The notes under the pieces were generated by a model. That model was not told the DNA's origin. It made no database searches and worked only from the letters and a program-made list of their open reading frames with translations. The position numbers and the translations under genes are program-made. Positions 52,999 to 61,893 of a DNA stretch of 64,000 bases are shown piece by piece. The stretch is from NCBI GenBank assembly GCA_023473665.1, contig JAMCYM010000001.1, forward strand, positions 52,923 to 116,922. The letters run 5' to 3'. Source of the DNA: Candidatus Marsarchaeota archaeon (GTDB taxonomy: Archaea; Micrarchaeota; Micrarchaeia; Micrarchaeales; Micrarchaeaceae). Each line of letters starts with the position of its first letter. The first letter of the stretch is position 1.

Positions 52999-53084
52999 AG
53001 AATCACAGCAGATTATGCATGATTAAGGCTAAATATATTGCTCGGATTTTATCCACCTAAAAGCAAAAGTCGCATCAGCTTGCG

Positions 53085-55841
53085 CTAGCGCTGGCCGTAT
53101 TTCGCGTAGAAGGCCAGATAGCTGCTCATCACCGAGTCCGGCGCCGAGGGCTTCATCTTGTGTATTATGGATAGCATGTCGTCCATGCGTACGCTCTCGT
53201 CTGCGCCGCTGTCCATGGCCCTCTCCATCACAAGCGTCTTGGCCTCCCTGCATGTGCTGGCTATGTCTGCGCCTGTGAAGCCCTTGGTCTCGCTGCCAAG
53301 CCTTGCATATGGGAAGTCCTTTTCAACCGGCACCTTGCTAAGATAGGCTTTGAAGAGTGCTGCCCTATGTGCAGCATCTGGCGGCCTGACGAATATCAGC
53401 TTGTCGAACCTGCCCGGCCTGAGTATCGCAGGATCGAGCGCGTCAGGCTTGTTAGTCGCACCCACAACCACCACATCTACGTTCTTGCGTATCCCGTCCA
53501 TCTCCTGCAGGAACTCCCCGGTCACCTGTGCGGCGTACTCGCTCGCCCCTCCTCTGTCAGCCACCAGGTCGTCTATCTCGTCTATGAATATTATCGAGGG
53601 CTTGTTCTCCTGCGCCCTGTAGAATATGTCCTTTATCGTGGCTCCCGCTCTCTCCATGCCGCCCTGCTGCAGCGTCGCTCCGTTTATCTCGAGCATCGTT
53701 ATTCCGCGAAGCTCGTGGGTTATCGCCTTCATCAGCATAGTCTTGCCGGTGCCCGGCGGCCCGAAGAGGAGTATGCCGTTTATATTCTTTATGTCGTACT
53801 TCGCTATCAGGTCGGGATGCATCAACGGCAATTGCACTGCCTCAACAACCGCCTTCTTCGCATCCTCGAGGCCTATCACGTCGTCGAACGATATGCCTGT
53901 ATCGGAATCAGTGCCCGTTGACGTTACGCCGCGCGACCTGTCGAAATCGAGTTTGAATTTGTTGTACTCGTCGACCTGTGCCAGCGATGTCGAAGCCTTC
54001 GTCTTCCGTATTGCGTCCTCAAGGTCATCCATGCCTATCTCTATTATGCGATGCTCGGCTGCAGCCCTCTGGGCGACTTCCTGCGCGACATTCTGGCACA
54101 CGCCGCGTATGTCTGCGCCGGAATATCTCTCAGTAGCCTTGGCGAGCTTGCTTATGTTGACATCCTTCGCGATCGGCAGCTTCGACAGGTAGATGTCGAA
54201 TATGGCCTTTCTGCCCTTCTCGTCGGGCAGGTGCATGTATATGACCCTGTCGAACCTGCCCGGCCTGAGCACAGCCGAGTCCAGCGCGTTGGGTATGTTG
54301 GTGGCGCCAACTATCAGCACCCGGTCCAGCTTCTCAAAGCCGTCCATCTCCTGCAGGAACTGCGAGAGCAGGTGCCTGTGCACGTCATCGGTTTCGGCCA
54401 GCCTGCTCGAGCACACCGTGTCTATCTCGTCTATGAACAGCACGCAGGGCGTGTTCTTCTTCGCGGTGTCGAATATGCCAGCCAGAATCTTTTCGCTTTC
54501 GCCCGGATACGCAGATATCAGGTTTGCGGACTTGACGTAGTAGAAGTTCGCGTGTATCTCGTTGGCGAGCGCGCGCATCATCATTGTCTTGCCTGTGCCC
54601 GGCGGCCCGAAGAAGACTATGCCTTTTACCGGATTCACATTGTAGGCGCGCGATACGCCTCTCTGCTCTATCGGCCCTATCGCGGCCTCTTTGAGCTCCT
54701 TCTTAACCCTGTCGTAGTTGCCCACATCGTCGAATGTCTCAGTCACGTTGCCCTGCTCGAGGTCCTCGAACGCCTCGCCGAACTTCATCCTGACATCCTG
54801 CTTCTTGACGTCGAGGGCCTTGACTATATGGATGTTGTAGAGCTCCATGAACGCTACTGCAATTGGCGCGAGCACGAAGCTCGCGAACGGTATCACATAC
54901 ATGATGGCCTGGCCAGAATACAGCGCCAGGCCGAGGGCCGTTATCGGATATGCGAGCCCTATGAACGAGGCCTTGGTGCCCTTGTACTTCGACCTGCTTG
55001 TCACAGCCACAAGGTCTATCCCGAATGCCATTGCAACTGCAATTGCAAGCTGGAGCAAGTAGAGCATGCTGTTCGCTAGCGAGCTTATCAGGCCGAGGAA
55101 CGTGTAGTCTATGCCGTCTATCACAGCGCTGCTCTTGAACAGCGCGTATGCGCTGCCGCTTGAAGAGGCGAGATTCTGCAAGGTGAGGCGCGGCAACTGA
55201 GGCGTGATGTATGCGAGCGACGGGTTGCCTAGCAAAGCAGAGTGCGCTGCGGCCGCATTGTAGATTACAAATGCATAGTTCTGCACTCCCAGCACCCCCG
55301 AGAGCGCAGCTATCCCGATGAACGCTATCACATAGACGATCGCCGCACGCCTGAAACCGACGACCAGCGGCGTAACGATAAGAAACGGTATGAAGAAGGT
55401 GTAGCCTGCGGGCGAGAAGGCGAGCGCCACGAGTATGTATGCGAACATCATTGTGCGGTAGTGCATGTAACCGTATACTAGCGCGACGGAGATGATGAAC
55501 ATGAATACGAGCGCCAGTGCTGGAACCGTATACATGAGCATCGGGAAGGTTATGGCCATCAGCGCGATTACTCCGATGAACGGTTTGTACAGCGCGATCG
55601 CAAACAGCGCCACTGCCAGCGCGGCCACAAGAGCATATGGATAATAGCCGAATGCATAAGTCGCGGCAAGAAATGCCGCGAGCGCCAGCGCAGCATCTAT
55701 GAAATTAGAGTTAGTCGCGATCCTGAGCAGCTTGTCCTTGAGGGTATAGAAGCCTATGGGCAGAAGCTTGTGCCTCTCCTTGACAAGTCTCCTTACCCTC
55801 TCGCTCTTGACCGTAGACCGTTTAAGGTCCAACGCAGACAT
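53085..55841 (-). CDS. Membrane-embedded tandem AAA+ ATPase (Cdc48/VCP-like D1-D2 with a polytopic N-terminal domain)
   Basis: 918 aa; residues about 40-345 are strongly hydrophobic with many predicted TM helices. These are followed by two AAA modules, each with GPPGTGKT and FIDEID. No Cdc48 N-domain and no protease domain. Confidence 0.85.
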   Translation of the reverse strand: MSALDLKRSTVKSERVRRLVKERHKLLPIGFYTLKDKLLRIATNSNFIDAALALAAFLAATYAFGYYPYALVAALAVALFAIALYKPFIGVIALMAITFPMLMYTVPALALVFMFIISVALVYGYMHYRTMMFAYILVALAFSPAGYTFFIPFLIVTPLVVGFRRAAIVYVIAFIGIAALSGVLGVQNYAFVIYNAAAAHSALLGNPSLAYITPQLPRLTLQNLASSSGSAYALFKSSAVIDGIDYTFLGLISSLANSMLYLLQLAIAVAMAFGIDLVAVTSRSKYKGTKASFIGLAYPITALGLALYSGQAIMYVIPFASFVLAPIAVAFMELYNIHIVKALDVKKQDVRMKFGEAFEDLEQGNVTETFDDVGNYDRVKKELKEAAIGPIEQRGVSRAYNVNPVKGIVFFGPPGTGKTMMMRALANEIHANFYYVKSANLISAYPGESEKILAGIFDTAKKNTPCVLFIDEIDTVCSSRLAETDDVHRHLLSQFLQEMDGFEKLDRVLIVGATNIPNALDSAVLRPGRFDRVIYMHLPDEKGRKAIFDIYLSKLPIAKDVNISKLAKATERYSGADIRGVCQNVAQEVAQRAAAEHRIIEIGMDDLEDAIRKTKASTSLAQVDEYNKFKLDFDRSRGVTSTGTDSDTGISFDDVIGLEDAKKAVVEAVQLPLMHPDLIAKYDIKNINGILLFGPPGTGKTMLMKAITHELRGITMLEINGATLQQGGMERAGATIKDIFYRAQENKPSIIFIDEIDDLVADRGGASEYAAQVTGEFLQEMDGIRKNVDVVVVGATNKPDALDPAILRPGRFDKLIFVRPPDAAHRAALFKAYLSKVPVEKDFPYARLGSETKGFTGADIASTCREAKTLVMERAMDSGADESVRMDDMLSIIHKMKPSAPDSVMSSYLAFYAKYGQR

Positions 55842-55938
55842 CGCGCACCCTCTCCCTAGCCAATAAATCTGTTGCGGCTTACATATCTCTTTAAGTTAAT
55901 ATTTAAATGTGCCGAGGGTTCCCCAGCGCACTAAAAGC

Positions 55939-55946
55939 ATATTAAG
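55939..55946 (+). promoter_or_regulatory. TATA box of tRNA-Tyr
   Basis: ATATTAAG 24 nt upstream of the tRNA 5' end. Confidence 0.4.
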
Positions 55947-55969
55947 GTTGTCGTGCAATTTTTATCCGG

Positions 55970-56070
55970 CCCGTTGTAGCTCAATGGCAGAGCGACCGGC
56001 TGTAGTTTGTTAGCTTCTTGCAAAACAAGAAGATACCGGTAGGTTGGGCGTTCAACTCGCCCCAACGGGA
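55970..56070 (+). tRNA. tRNA-Tyr(GTA) with a 29-nt canonical (37/38) intron
   Basis: Acceptor CCCGTTG/CAACGGG (archaeal C1-G72), D arm GCTC/GAGC, anticodon stem ACCGG/CCGGT, anticodon GTA at 56002-56004, intron 56006-56034 with a CTTCTTG/CAAGAAG hairpin, T arm GGGCG/CGCCC. Confidence 0.85.
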
Positions 56071-56096
56071 CTGTTCCAAAGCAAAGTGGTTGTTAG

Positions 56097-56603
56097 ATGG
56101 CAACGATTCAGAAAGGTGCGCAGAGCGCCCAATCAACGGCGCACGGATCCTCGACGGGATCAACGCAGGCATCGCCATATACCGCAAACAGGCCGAAGGC
56201 TGCATTCATACTGATGCTGATCGGCGGCATAATGATACTGCTGTACGCTGTGCTGATACTTCTTGGCGGCCTGGCGGCGGTATCCCTAGCAGGCAAGGTG
56301 ACCGGCAACACACTTGTAATAGGAAACACCACTCTCACGCTCAACCAGACTGAGATAACTGCACTGAAGAATGCGCCAAGCACGCTATATCCGACTGGCG
56401 GAATAGGCATTGTCGCAGGGCTTGTGGTAATAGTAATGGCGTTCATGATGTGGAAAACAGGAGACATAAAGCGCATGCACAACCTTTCCATCATAGCGCT
56501 AATTGCGTCTATTGCCAGCTTCTTCGGCGGCGCAGGCTTCCTGTACTTAGGCATGGGATTGGCAATAATCGGGAGCGTGCTAGGCATGCTGTACAAGGGC
56601 TGA
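56097..56603 (+). CDS. Hypothetical membrane protein (about 4 TM)
   Basis: 168 aa; S/T/Q-rich N-terminus followed by hydrophobic helices. Confidence 0.5.
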   Translation: MATIQKGAQSAQSTAHGSSTGSTQASPYTANRPKAAFILMLIGGIMILLYAVLILLGGLAAVSLAGKVTGNTLVIGNTTLTLNQTEITALKNAPSTLYPTGGIGIVAGLVVIVMAFMMWKTGDIKRMHNLSIIALIASIASFFGGAGFLYLGMGLAIIGSVLGMLYKG

Positions 56604-56652
56604 ACAGAAGTAGGGCCGTGACGGCGCCCTCCTTTGTGCACGAACGGAACGC

Positions 56653-56660
56653 TTATAAAA
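56653..56660 (+). promoter_or_regulatory. TATA box of tRNA-Asp
   Basis: TTATAAAA 27 nt upstream of the tRNA 5' end. Confidence 0.45.
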
Positions 56661-56686
56661 GACTGCGGCATTAATCAATACGCGCT

Positions 56687-56758
56687 GCCTTGGTGGTGTA
56701 GTGGTCAGCATACGACCCTGTCACGGTTGCGACCCGGGTTCGAATCCCGGCCAAGGCG
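56687..56758 (+). tRNA. tRNA-Asp(GTC)
   Basis: Acceptor GCCTTGG/CCAAGGC, anticodon arm CGACC-CTGTCAC-GGTTG, T arm CCGGG-TTCGAAT-CCCGG. Confidence 0.9.
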
Positions 56759-56770
56759 TCTTCTGAATCG

Positions 56771-57853
56771 TTAGTATCTGCTTAAGCGTTCTGCGAAATG
56801 GTCGAACAGTCCCTGATAAATGCCGAGCATGTGCTTGAAGTGCCTTCTACCTTCCTCGCTGCCCCAGTAGGGTTGGCTGCCCATGTCGCCGATTATTGTG
56901 CCAATCATTCTTTCCAGCATGAGGAAGTCGATCTTCCGCCCGAAGTTCTTGTCTCTTTTGACTACCGGGATGGTCCTGTAGACCTTGAGCCATTTTTCAA
57001 CATAAGCTGTTACTTCCTTAAGCGTGCAGCTGTTGCTGTGTATCTGGAGCAGGTTCCACCATACGTTCTTCGCAAGATCGTTCCATTCAAGGGCATAGCG
57101 CCACAGTATGTTCGACAGGATCCTGTAAGTGCCATCCCGCATCCTTAGCACATGCTGCGCCATAAGCTCGCCGTGCATGAACTCCAGCTTCATCCTGGGA
57201 ATGTACTCGGCCGCCAGCGGATAGAACCTTACGAGACACCGTGCGTAGTCGTCGAACTCCAGCCTGCCCCTCTCTTCCGCATTGGACCTCCACCTCTCAA
57301 CGGACTTCATGACCGCCTCGAGGGCCGTCGAGCTCCGCGACGGCGTGCTGATATGGATCCTGCCGGGATCGGCGCTCACCCAGGGCCTTGTTATGGCTCT
57401 CGTCTTGTACTCTTGGTAGAATCTTGCAAATTCCTTCATCTGCCTCTCTGTGGCGAACGGTGTGCCATATATGGGCCGCCCCTCTATCAGTTCGCTTATC
57501 GTGAATCCGTAGCCCCTCTTGGCGCTCCATTCCTCGTTCCTGTATATTTTCGGTGCGTGAATGATCTTGCTCCTGTTTTGCCTTTCAAAGTTCCTTGCCA
57601 TCAGGGCTTCAGATACCTCGACCTTGAGGCCCTGCAGCTTGAGCACTGCGGGTTTGCCCTCGTACGTGCCGCTGTAATGTACGCTCCCCAGGAGCGGTTT
57701 ACCCTTCGCATAAATCTGTTCTCCTCTGAAAATCTCCTTTTCGGGCACGAAGCCCGTTTTTCTGATTACCTCGTCTAGCACTCTCTTCTCGCCGCCAATC
57801 AGTGCGTTTGGTGCGCTCTTTTCTGCGAAGCTGACGGCCGTGCACTTCTCCAT
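56771..57853 (-). CDS. Protein-kinase-like / aminoglycoside-phosphotransferase-fold protein with a divergent catalytic loop
   Basis: 360 aa; PAVLKL (beta3 Lys), ELIEG hinge, FMHGELMAQHVL in place of HGDxxxxN. Confidence 0.45.
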   Translation of the reverse strand: MEKCTAVSFAEKSAPNALIGGEKRVLDEVIRKTGFVPEKEIFRGEQIYAKGKPLLGSVHYSGTYEGKPAVLKLQGLKVEVSEALMARNFERQNRSKIIHAPKIYRNEEWSAKRGYGFTISELIEGRPIYGTPFATERQMKEFARFYQEYKTRAITRPWVSADPGRIHISTPSRSSTALEAVMKSVERWRSNAEERGRLEFDDYARCLVRFYPLAAEYIPRMKLEFMHGELMAQHVLRMRDGTYRILSNILWRYALEWNDLAKNVWWNLLQIHSNSCTLKEVTAYVEKWLKVYRTIPVVKRDKNFGRKIDFLMLERMIGTIIGDMGSQPYWGSEEGRRHFKHMLGIYQGLFDHFAERLSRY

Positions 57854-57864
57854 GTACTCACTAT

Positions 57865-59103
57865 CTAAACTATCCTTATCCTCTTGCCGTAATAATCAAG
57901 GAACATCTTCTCTATAGCCCTTTTCGTCTCGTCGAGCCCTGCCGCCGTCTCCTTTTCCTGCGCCCTTGCAGATTCGATTGTTTCCGCGGCCCTCCTTCGC
58001 GACTCCCTGCCTTCCCTGAGTCTCGCGAGCGCGTTTCTTGAGAGTCTTATGCTGCCCTCAAGCTCGAGCCTTTTTACGTCAAGGTCTCTGAGCGCAGATA
58101 TCATGCCGTAGATGTCTGAGCCCATCAGCTCGTCCAGCGCCTCCATCAGCCTGTTTTTGTTGTCGGTCTCTATCACGCCAGAATCCAGCGCAGCCCTCAA
58201 TCCCGAGAGCATGTGCCTGAACTTTTTGTATTCGGATTCGTCTGCCATCCTGGCGACCGGCTCTGCCATGAAATCCGTGAGCCGCTCCTTGCTGCCCGAT
58301 GCGTGGTCGAACTTCCTGGCGGTGCGCTCCAACGGTGCGAGCAGCCGGTTTATCTCCGCATGGGTCGCCGAGCTTTCTGCATTGAGCATTTCAAGGTCTC
58401 TCTCACTCTGTGAAAGCTCCCTGCTCAATCTTTCCTCCTCTGCGCCCTCGAGCGTGCCTCCAGATGCTGCCATCGAGAGCGATTCTATCGTGTCGCTGCT
58501 CATTTTCAGTTCGTCGGTCATAGCGCGCAAGGTGTCGAGCCGCTCTTTTACCGAATTATACTCTGCGAGCTCCCTGCCCATGCGGCCGAGCGTGCCCCTA
58601 AGAAGCTCCTTCTGCTTCTCTATCGAGGCGAAGGCCTTCTTCAGATCGCTCGTGTAATCGGCATACGAATAAAGCGCCTGCTTGAACTTGCTGTTCGCCA
58701 TGAGCGTCTCCTCGATGAAGCGCTCCGTCTTCAGCAGCACAGCATTGTACCTCTCGTATAAGTTGGGCCCGCTGCCAATGTCGGCGCTCCAGCCGTTCAG
58801 TATGCGCTTAAGCGCTGTAGAATAAGCCTTCTTCTGCTCCTTCAGCGCAGACGCGTTGTTTACGTATGGGTTCTCTATATCCGGTTCGGCCTCAAGATCG
58901 GAGAAAGCATCGCAAGCCCTAGAGTACGTTTCCTTGGCGCTGCCAAGTTCGCGCAGGCACGCGCCTGCCCTCGAGTCCAGGCTGCCAAGCTTCATGTCGA
59001 AGGCCGAGTCCAGCAGGTCGTAAAGCTCATCCTGCCCTACATTAGCCGCATTGCCGCCTTCACGCCTGAAAAGCATTTGTACCGGGTACGATTGCTCAGC
59101 CAA
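57865..59103 (-). CDS. Hypothetical coiled-coil protein
   Basis: 412 aa; long heptad-like E/L/R/K-rich segments; sits upstream of, and probably in an operon with, the kinase-like gene. Confidence 0.45.
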   Translation of the reverse strand: MAEQSYPVQMLFRREGGNAANVGQDELYDLLDSAFDMKLGSLDSRAGACLRELGSAKETYSRACDAFSDLEAEPDIENPYVNNASALKEQKKAYSTALKRILNGWSADIGSGPNLYERYNAVLLKTERFIEETLMANSKFKQALYSYADYTSDLKKAFASIEKQKELLRGTLGRMGRELAEYNSVKERLDTLRAMTDELKMSSDTIESLSMAASGGTLEGAEEERLSRELSQSERDLEMLNAESSATHAEINRLLAPLERTARKFDHASGSKERLTDFMAEPVARMADESEYKKFRHMLSGLRAALDSGVIETDNKNRLMEALDELMGSDIYGMISALRDLDVKRLELEGSIRLSRNALARLREGRESRRRAAETIESARAQEKETAAGLDETKRAIEKMFLDYYGKRIRIV

Positions 59104-59233
59104 AGTTAATATGCTGTACGATGGCCGGCCTGCAAAACCTTATAAATGTTGATGGCGCAAACCTAGTGCAAAGGATAAGTAACGTAATTGCTGATTTTCC
59201 CGCAATTACTGCAGCTTGCAGGAGGGATACATC

Positions 59234-59866
59234 ATGGAAAAGGAAGCTCTGGAGAAGCTCGAAGCCTTTATTAACGAGAACAAAGGCAAGCGCAAGTTCA
59301 CGCAGAGCGTAGAGCTTGCGATAAACTTCAAGGGCATAGACTTCAATAAGCAGGACAACAGGCTCAACCTGCAGGTCATGCTGCCCGAGGGCCGCGGCAA
59401 GGAGAGCCAGGCTATGGTGTTTGCAGACAACAAGACAATAGCGGAGAAGGCCGCCGGCCTTGGCGCAAAAGTTGTTACGAGCGGCGAGCTGGGCGCTATA
59501 GCCAGCAACAAGGGCCGCATGGCCGAGCTGCTCAACTACGAGCTCGTTGCCGAGCCTGCGCTCATGGCCCAGATAGCGAAGGTGCTCGGGCAGTTCCTTG
59601 GGCCGAAGAACAAGATGCCAAGGCCGCTCGTTGGGGTCGATGTCGCGAACGTGATAAACACGATCAGCAAGTCCGTCTACATACGCAGCAAGGGCAAGTA
59701 TCTGCCAACAGTGCACTGCGTTGTCGGCACGGAGAAGATGACCGCGCAGCAGCTCGCAGCGAACATAGACGAGGTCGTCGGCTCGATAGCAAAGAAGGTG
59801 GGCAGGCAGAACATACGTTCGGTGTACGTGAAGCTGACGATGAGCGCGCCAATGAAGCTGCAGTAA
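59234..59866 (+). CDS. rpl1: Ribosomal protein L1 (uL1)
   Basis: 210 aa from the ATG at 59234, with a GGAGGG SD 8 nt upstream; conserved KRKFTQSVELAINFKGID and GPKNKMPRP. Confidence 0.9.
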   Translation: MEKEALEKLEAFINENKGKRKFTQSVELAINFKGIDFNKQDNRLNLQVMLPEGRGKESQAMVFADNKTIAEKAAGLGAKVVTSGELGAIASNKGRMAELLNYELVAEPALMAQIAKVLGQFLGPKNKMPRPLVGVDVANVINTISKSVYIRSKGKYLPTVHCVVGTEKMTAQQLAANIDEVVGSIAKKVGRQNIRSVYVKLTMSAPMKLQ

Positions 59867-59879
59867 ATAGATGATATAG

Positions 59880-60719
59880 ATGCTTAGCAAGGACCAGAAG
59901 AGGAAATTCGTCGAGGACGGCATAACGGCCGTCAAGGCGAGCAAGGTCATAGGCGTTGTGCCCCTGGCAGGCATACCCGACAGGCTCTTCCAGAAGTCGA
60001 GGAACGGCATGCGCAGCTCGGTCAGGTTCATAACGGGCAGGAAATCGCTGCTGTCGAAGATTCTTGAGGGTGACGCGAAGACGAAGGAGCTCGCCAGTGA
60101 GCTCACTGGCACATCTGCAATAATGCTCAGCAACGGCAATCCGTTCGAGATATACTCCTGGTTTAAGGGCGGCAGCATAAAGCTGGCGGCGAAGCCGAAG
60201 CAGGCGGCGCCAGAAGACATCCACATAGAGGAGGGCGAGACCAGCCTGCAGCCTGGCCAGGCCGTGACCGACCTGAAGAGCGCAGGCATAGACGTCAAGA
60301 TCGACAAGGGCAAGGTAGTGATATCGAAGAGCAAGGTGCTCGTGAAGAAAGGCGAGCTGATAAGCCTGCAGGTGGCGAAGGCATTGCACACGCTTGACAT
60401 AATGCCGTTCCACGCGATGCTTACTCCGTCAGTCATGCTCTCTGACGGAATCGCATTCAGGCCGGAGGTGCTCGACATAAATCCAGAGCACACGTCTGCC
60501 GAGATAGCGCAGGCGTTCGGAACCGCGCTCTCGCTGAGTCTTGCGGCCGGCATAGTGAACGCTTATACAGTCGGCAGCCTGCTCACGAAGGCATACCGCA
60601 GCGCCATCATGCTGGGCATAGAGGCGAAAGCATATGACAGCGGCATAGTAGAGATGCTGCTTGGTGATGCAGCGATGCACGCGGCAGCGCTGAACGGCGC
60701 AGCAGGCGTAAATCAATAA
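59880..60719 (+). CDS. rpl10: Ribosomal protein uL10 (P0), short form without the acidic C-terminal tail
   Basis: 279 aa; conserved N-terminal uL10 domain; ends ...AALNGAAGVNQ without a P1-like tail. Confidence 0.85.
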   Translation: MLSKDQKRKFVEDGITAVKASKVIGVVPLAGIPDRLFQKSRNGMRSSVRFITGRKSLLSKILEGDAKTKELASELTGTSAIMLSNGNPFEIYSWFKGGSIKLAAKPKQAAPEDIHIEEGETSLQPGQAVTDLKSAGIDVKIDKGKVVISKSKVLVKKGELISLQVAKALHTLDIMPFHAMLTPSVMLSDGIAFRPEVLDINPEHTSAEIAQAFGTALSLSLAAGIVNAYTVGSLLTKAYRSAIMLGIEAKAYDSGIVEMLLGDAAMHAAALNGAAGVNQ

Positions 60720-60766
60720 ATATGTTGGGAAAGAAGATATTGGAATTGCGATAAAAAGGTGAAAAC

Positions 60767-61078
60767 ATGGAATACGTATACGCTGCACTGCTCCTGGACG
60801 CGGCTGGCAAGTCTGTTACCGAGAAGGACCTTATGGAAGTGGTCAAGGCTGCGGGCTTTTCGCCAGACGAGGCGCGCGCAAAGGCAATGGTGGAGTCGCT
60901 CAAGGGCGTCGACATAAAGGACGTGATAAAAAGGGCCCAGAGCGCTCCCGTGCAATCCGCTCCAACGGCTGCCGCAGCAGCACCGGCCGCCGCGCATGAG
61001 GCTAAGAAGAAGGAGCCTGCCGAGGAGAAGAAAAGCGATGAGGAAGCAGCAGGAGGCCTCGCCAGCCTGTTCGGCTGA
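60767..61078 (+). CDS. rpl12: Ribosomal stalk protein P1 (aL12)
   Basis: 103 aa; MEYVYAALLL N-terminus, Ala/Pro hinge, acidic tail ending GGLASLFG. Confidence 0.88.
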   Translation: MEYVYAALLLDAAGKSVTEKDLMEVVKAAGFSPDEARAKAMVESLKGVDIKDVIKRAQSAPVQSAPTAAAAAPAAAHEAKKKEPAEEKKSDEEAAGGLASLFG

Positions 61079-61079
61079 G

Positions 61080-61817
61080 CTAGGGCTTTATCAGGTGCGA
61101 GCTGTCCTTAAGCCATTTTCGCGCATCCCTATAATTAGGCGCAGCTCTCGCCACCTCGTCCCAGAACCGCTTAGAGTGGTTGCGCACCCTTGTGTGCGCG
61201 AGTTCGTGCGCGATCACGTAATCAAGCACGCTTTCCGGCGCGTAGAGCAGCTTCAGGTTTATGCTTATCCTGTTATTGGGTGAGCATGAGCCCCATATTA
61301 CCGAGTTGTCGCGCACCACAACCCCGCTCAGGACTGAGCCAAAATGCGCGGCATTGATCCTGACTATGCGCTCCTCGACATAAGGCTTGGCAGCCCTGGC
61401 CACTACCTTCGAAGCCAGCCTCGAAACTATGCGCGCATCATAGCCGTCTGGGGCATAGACGAGCACCGAATCGCCCGAAAGTCTGGCCGCATAGCGCTTC
61501 CTTCCATTTATCAGCCTTATGCTGAGCCGTCTGCCCCCCACCTCAGTCACCTGGCCGTCGCCGAATCCCAATGTTTTGTCAGCGAGGAACCTGCCGGGGT
61601 TTTTTTCTATCGCGCGCCTCATCCTCTTGTACAGATTGTCGGCTGCGGCGCTGGCCGCGCGCTTCCCCATCCAGCGCGGCAGCCTTATCACGATAACGCC
61701 GTCCCTGACGCTCGCATGCGCATTTTTGAGCCGCGCCTTCTCGACTCTGACCCCAATGGCCATGCTACCTGCCATCACTGCATCGAACTCCAACTTAACC
61801 ATCCAATCAGAAACCAA
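61080..61817 (-). CDS. DUF45 / M48-like metal-dependent hydrolase (YgjP family)
   Basis: 245 aa; YVIAHELAHTRVRNHSKRFW HExxH motif typical of DUF45. Confidence 0.75.
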   Translation of the reverse strand: MVSDWMVKLEFDAVMAGSMAIGVRVEKARLKNAHASVRDGVIVIRLPRWMGKRAASAAADNLYKRMRRAIEKNPGRFLADKTLGFGDGQVTEVGGRRLSIRLINGRKRYAARLSGDSVLVYAPDGYDARIVSRLASKVVARAAKPYVEERIVRINAAHFGSVLSGVVVRDNSVIWGSCSPNNRISINLKLLYAPESVLDYVIAHELAHTRVRNHSKRFWDEVARAAPNYRDARKWLKDSSHLIKP

Positions 61818-61893
61818 TAAATTACTTTAGGAGAGAATCTTAATGCTTATTATCGATCTATTACTGCTCAGCAAATTTTGAAAGTGATCATAG

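Noticed and set aside
59096-60553. 485-aa ORF on the minus strand
   Set aside because: It is antisense to the clearly conserved L1 and P0 genes. Its product is low-complexity (S/L/A/P-rich) with no motifs. It is a typical shadow ORF in GC-rich coding DNA.
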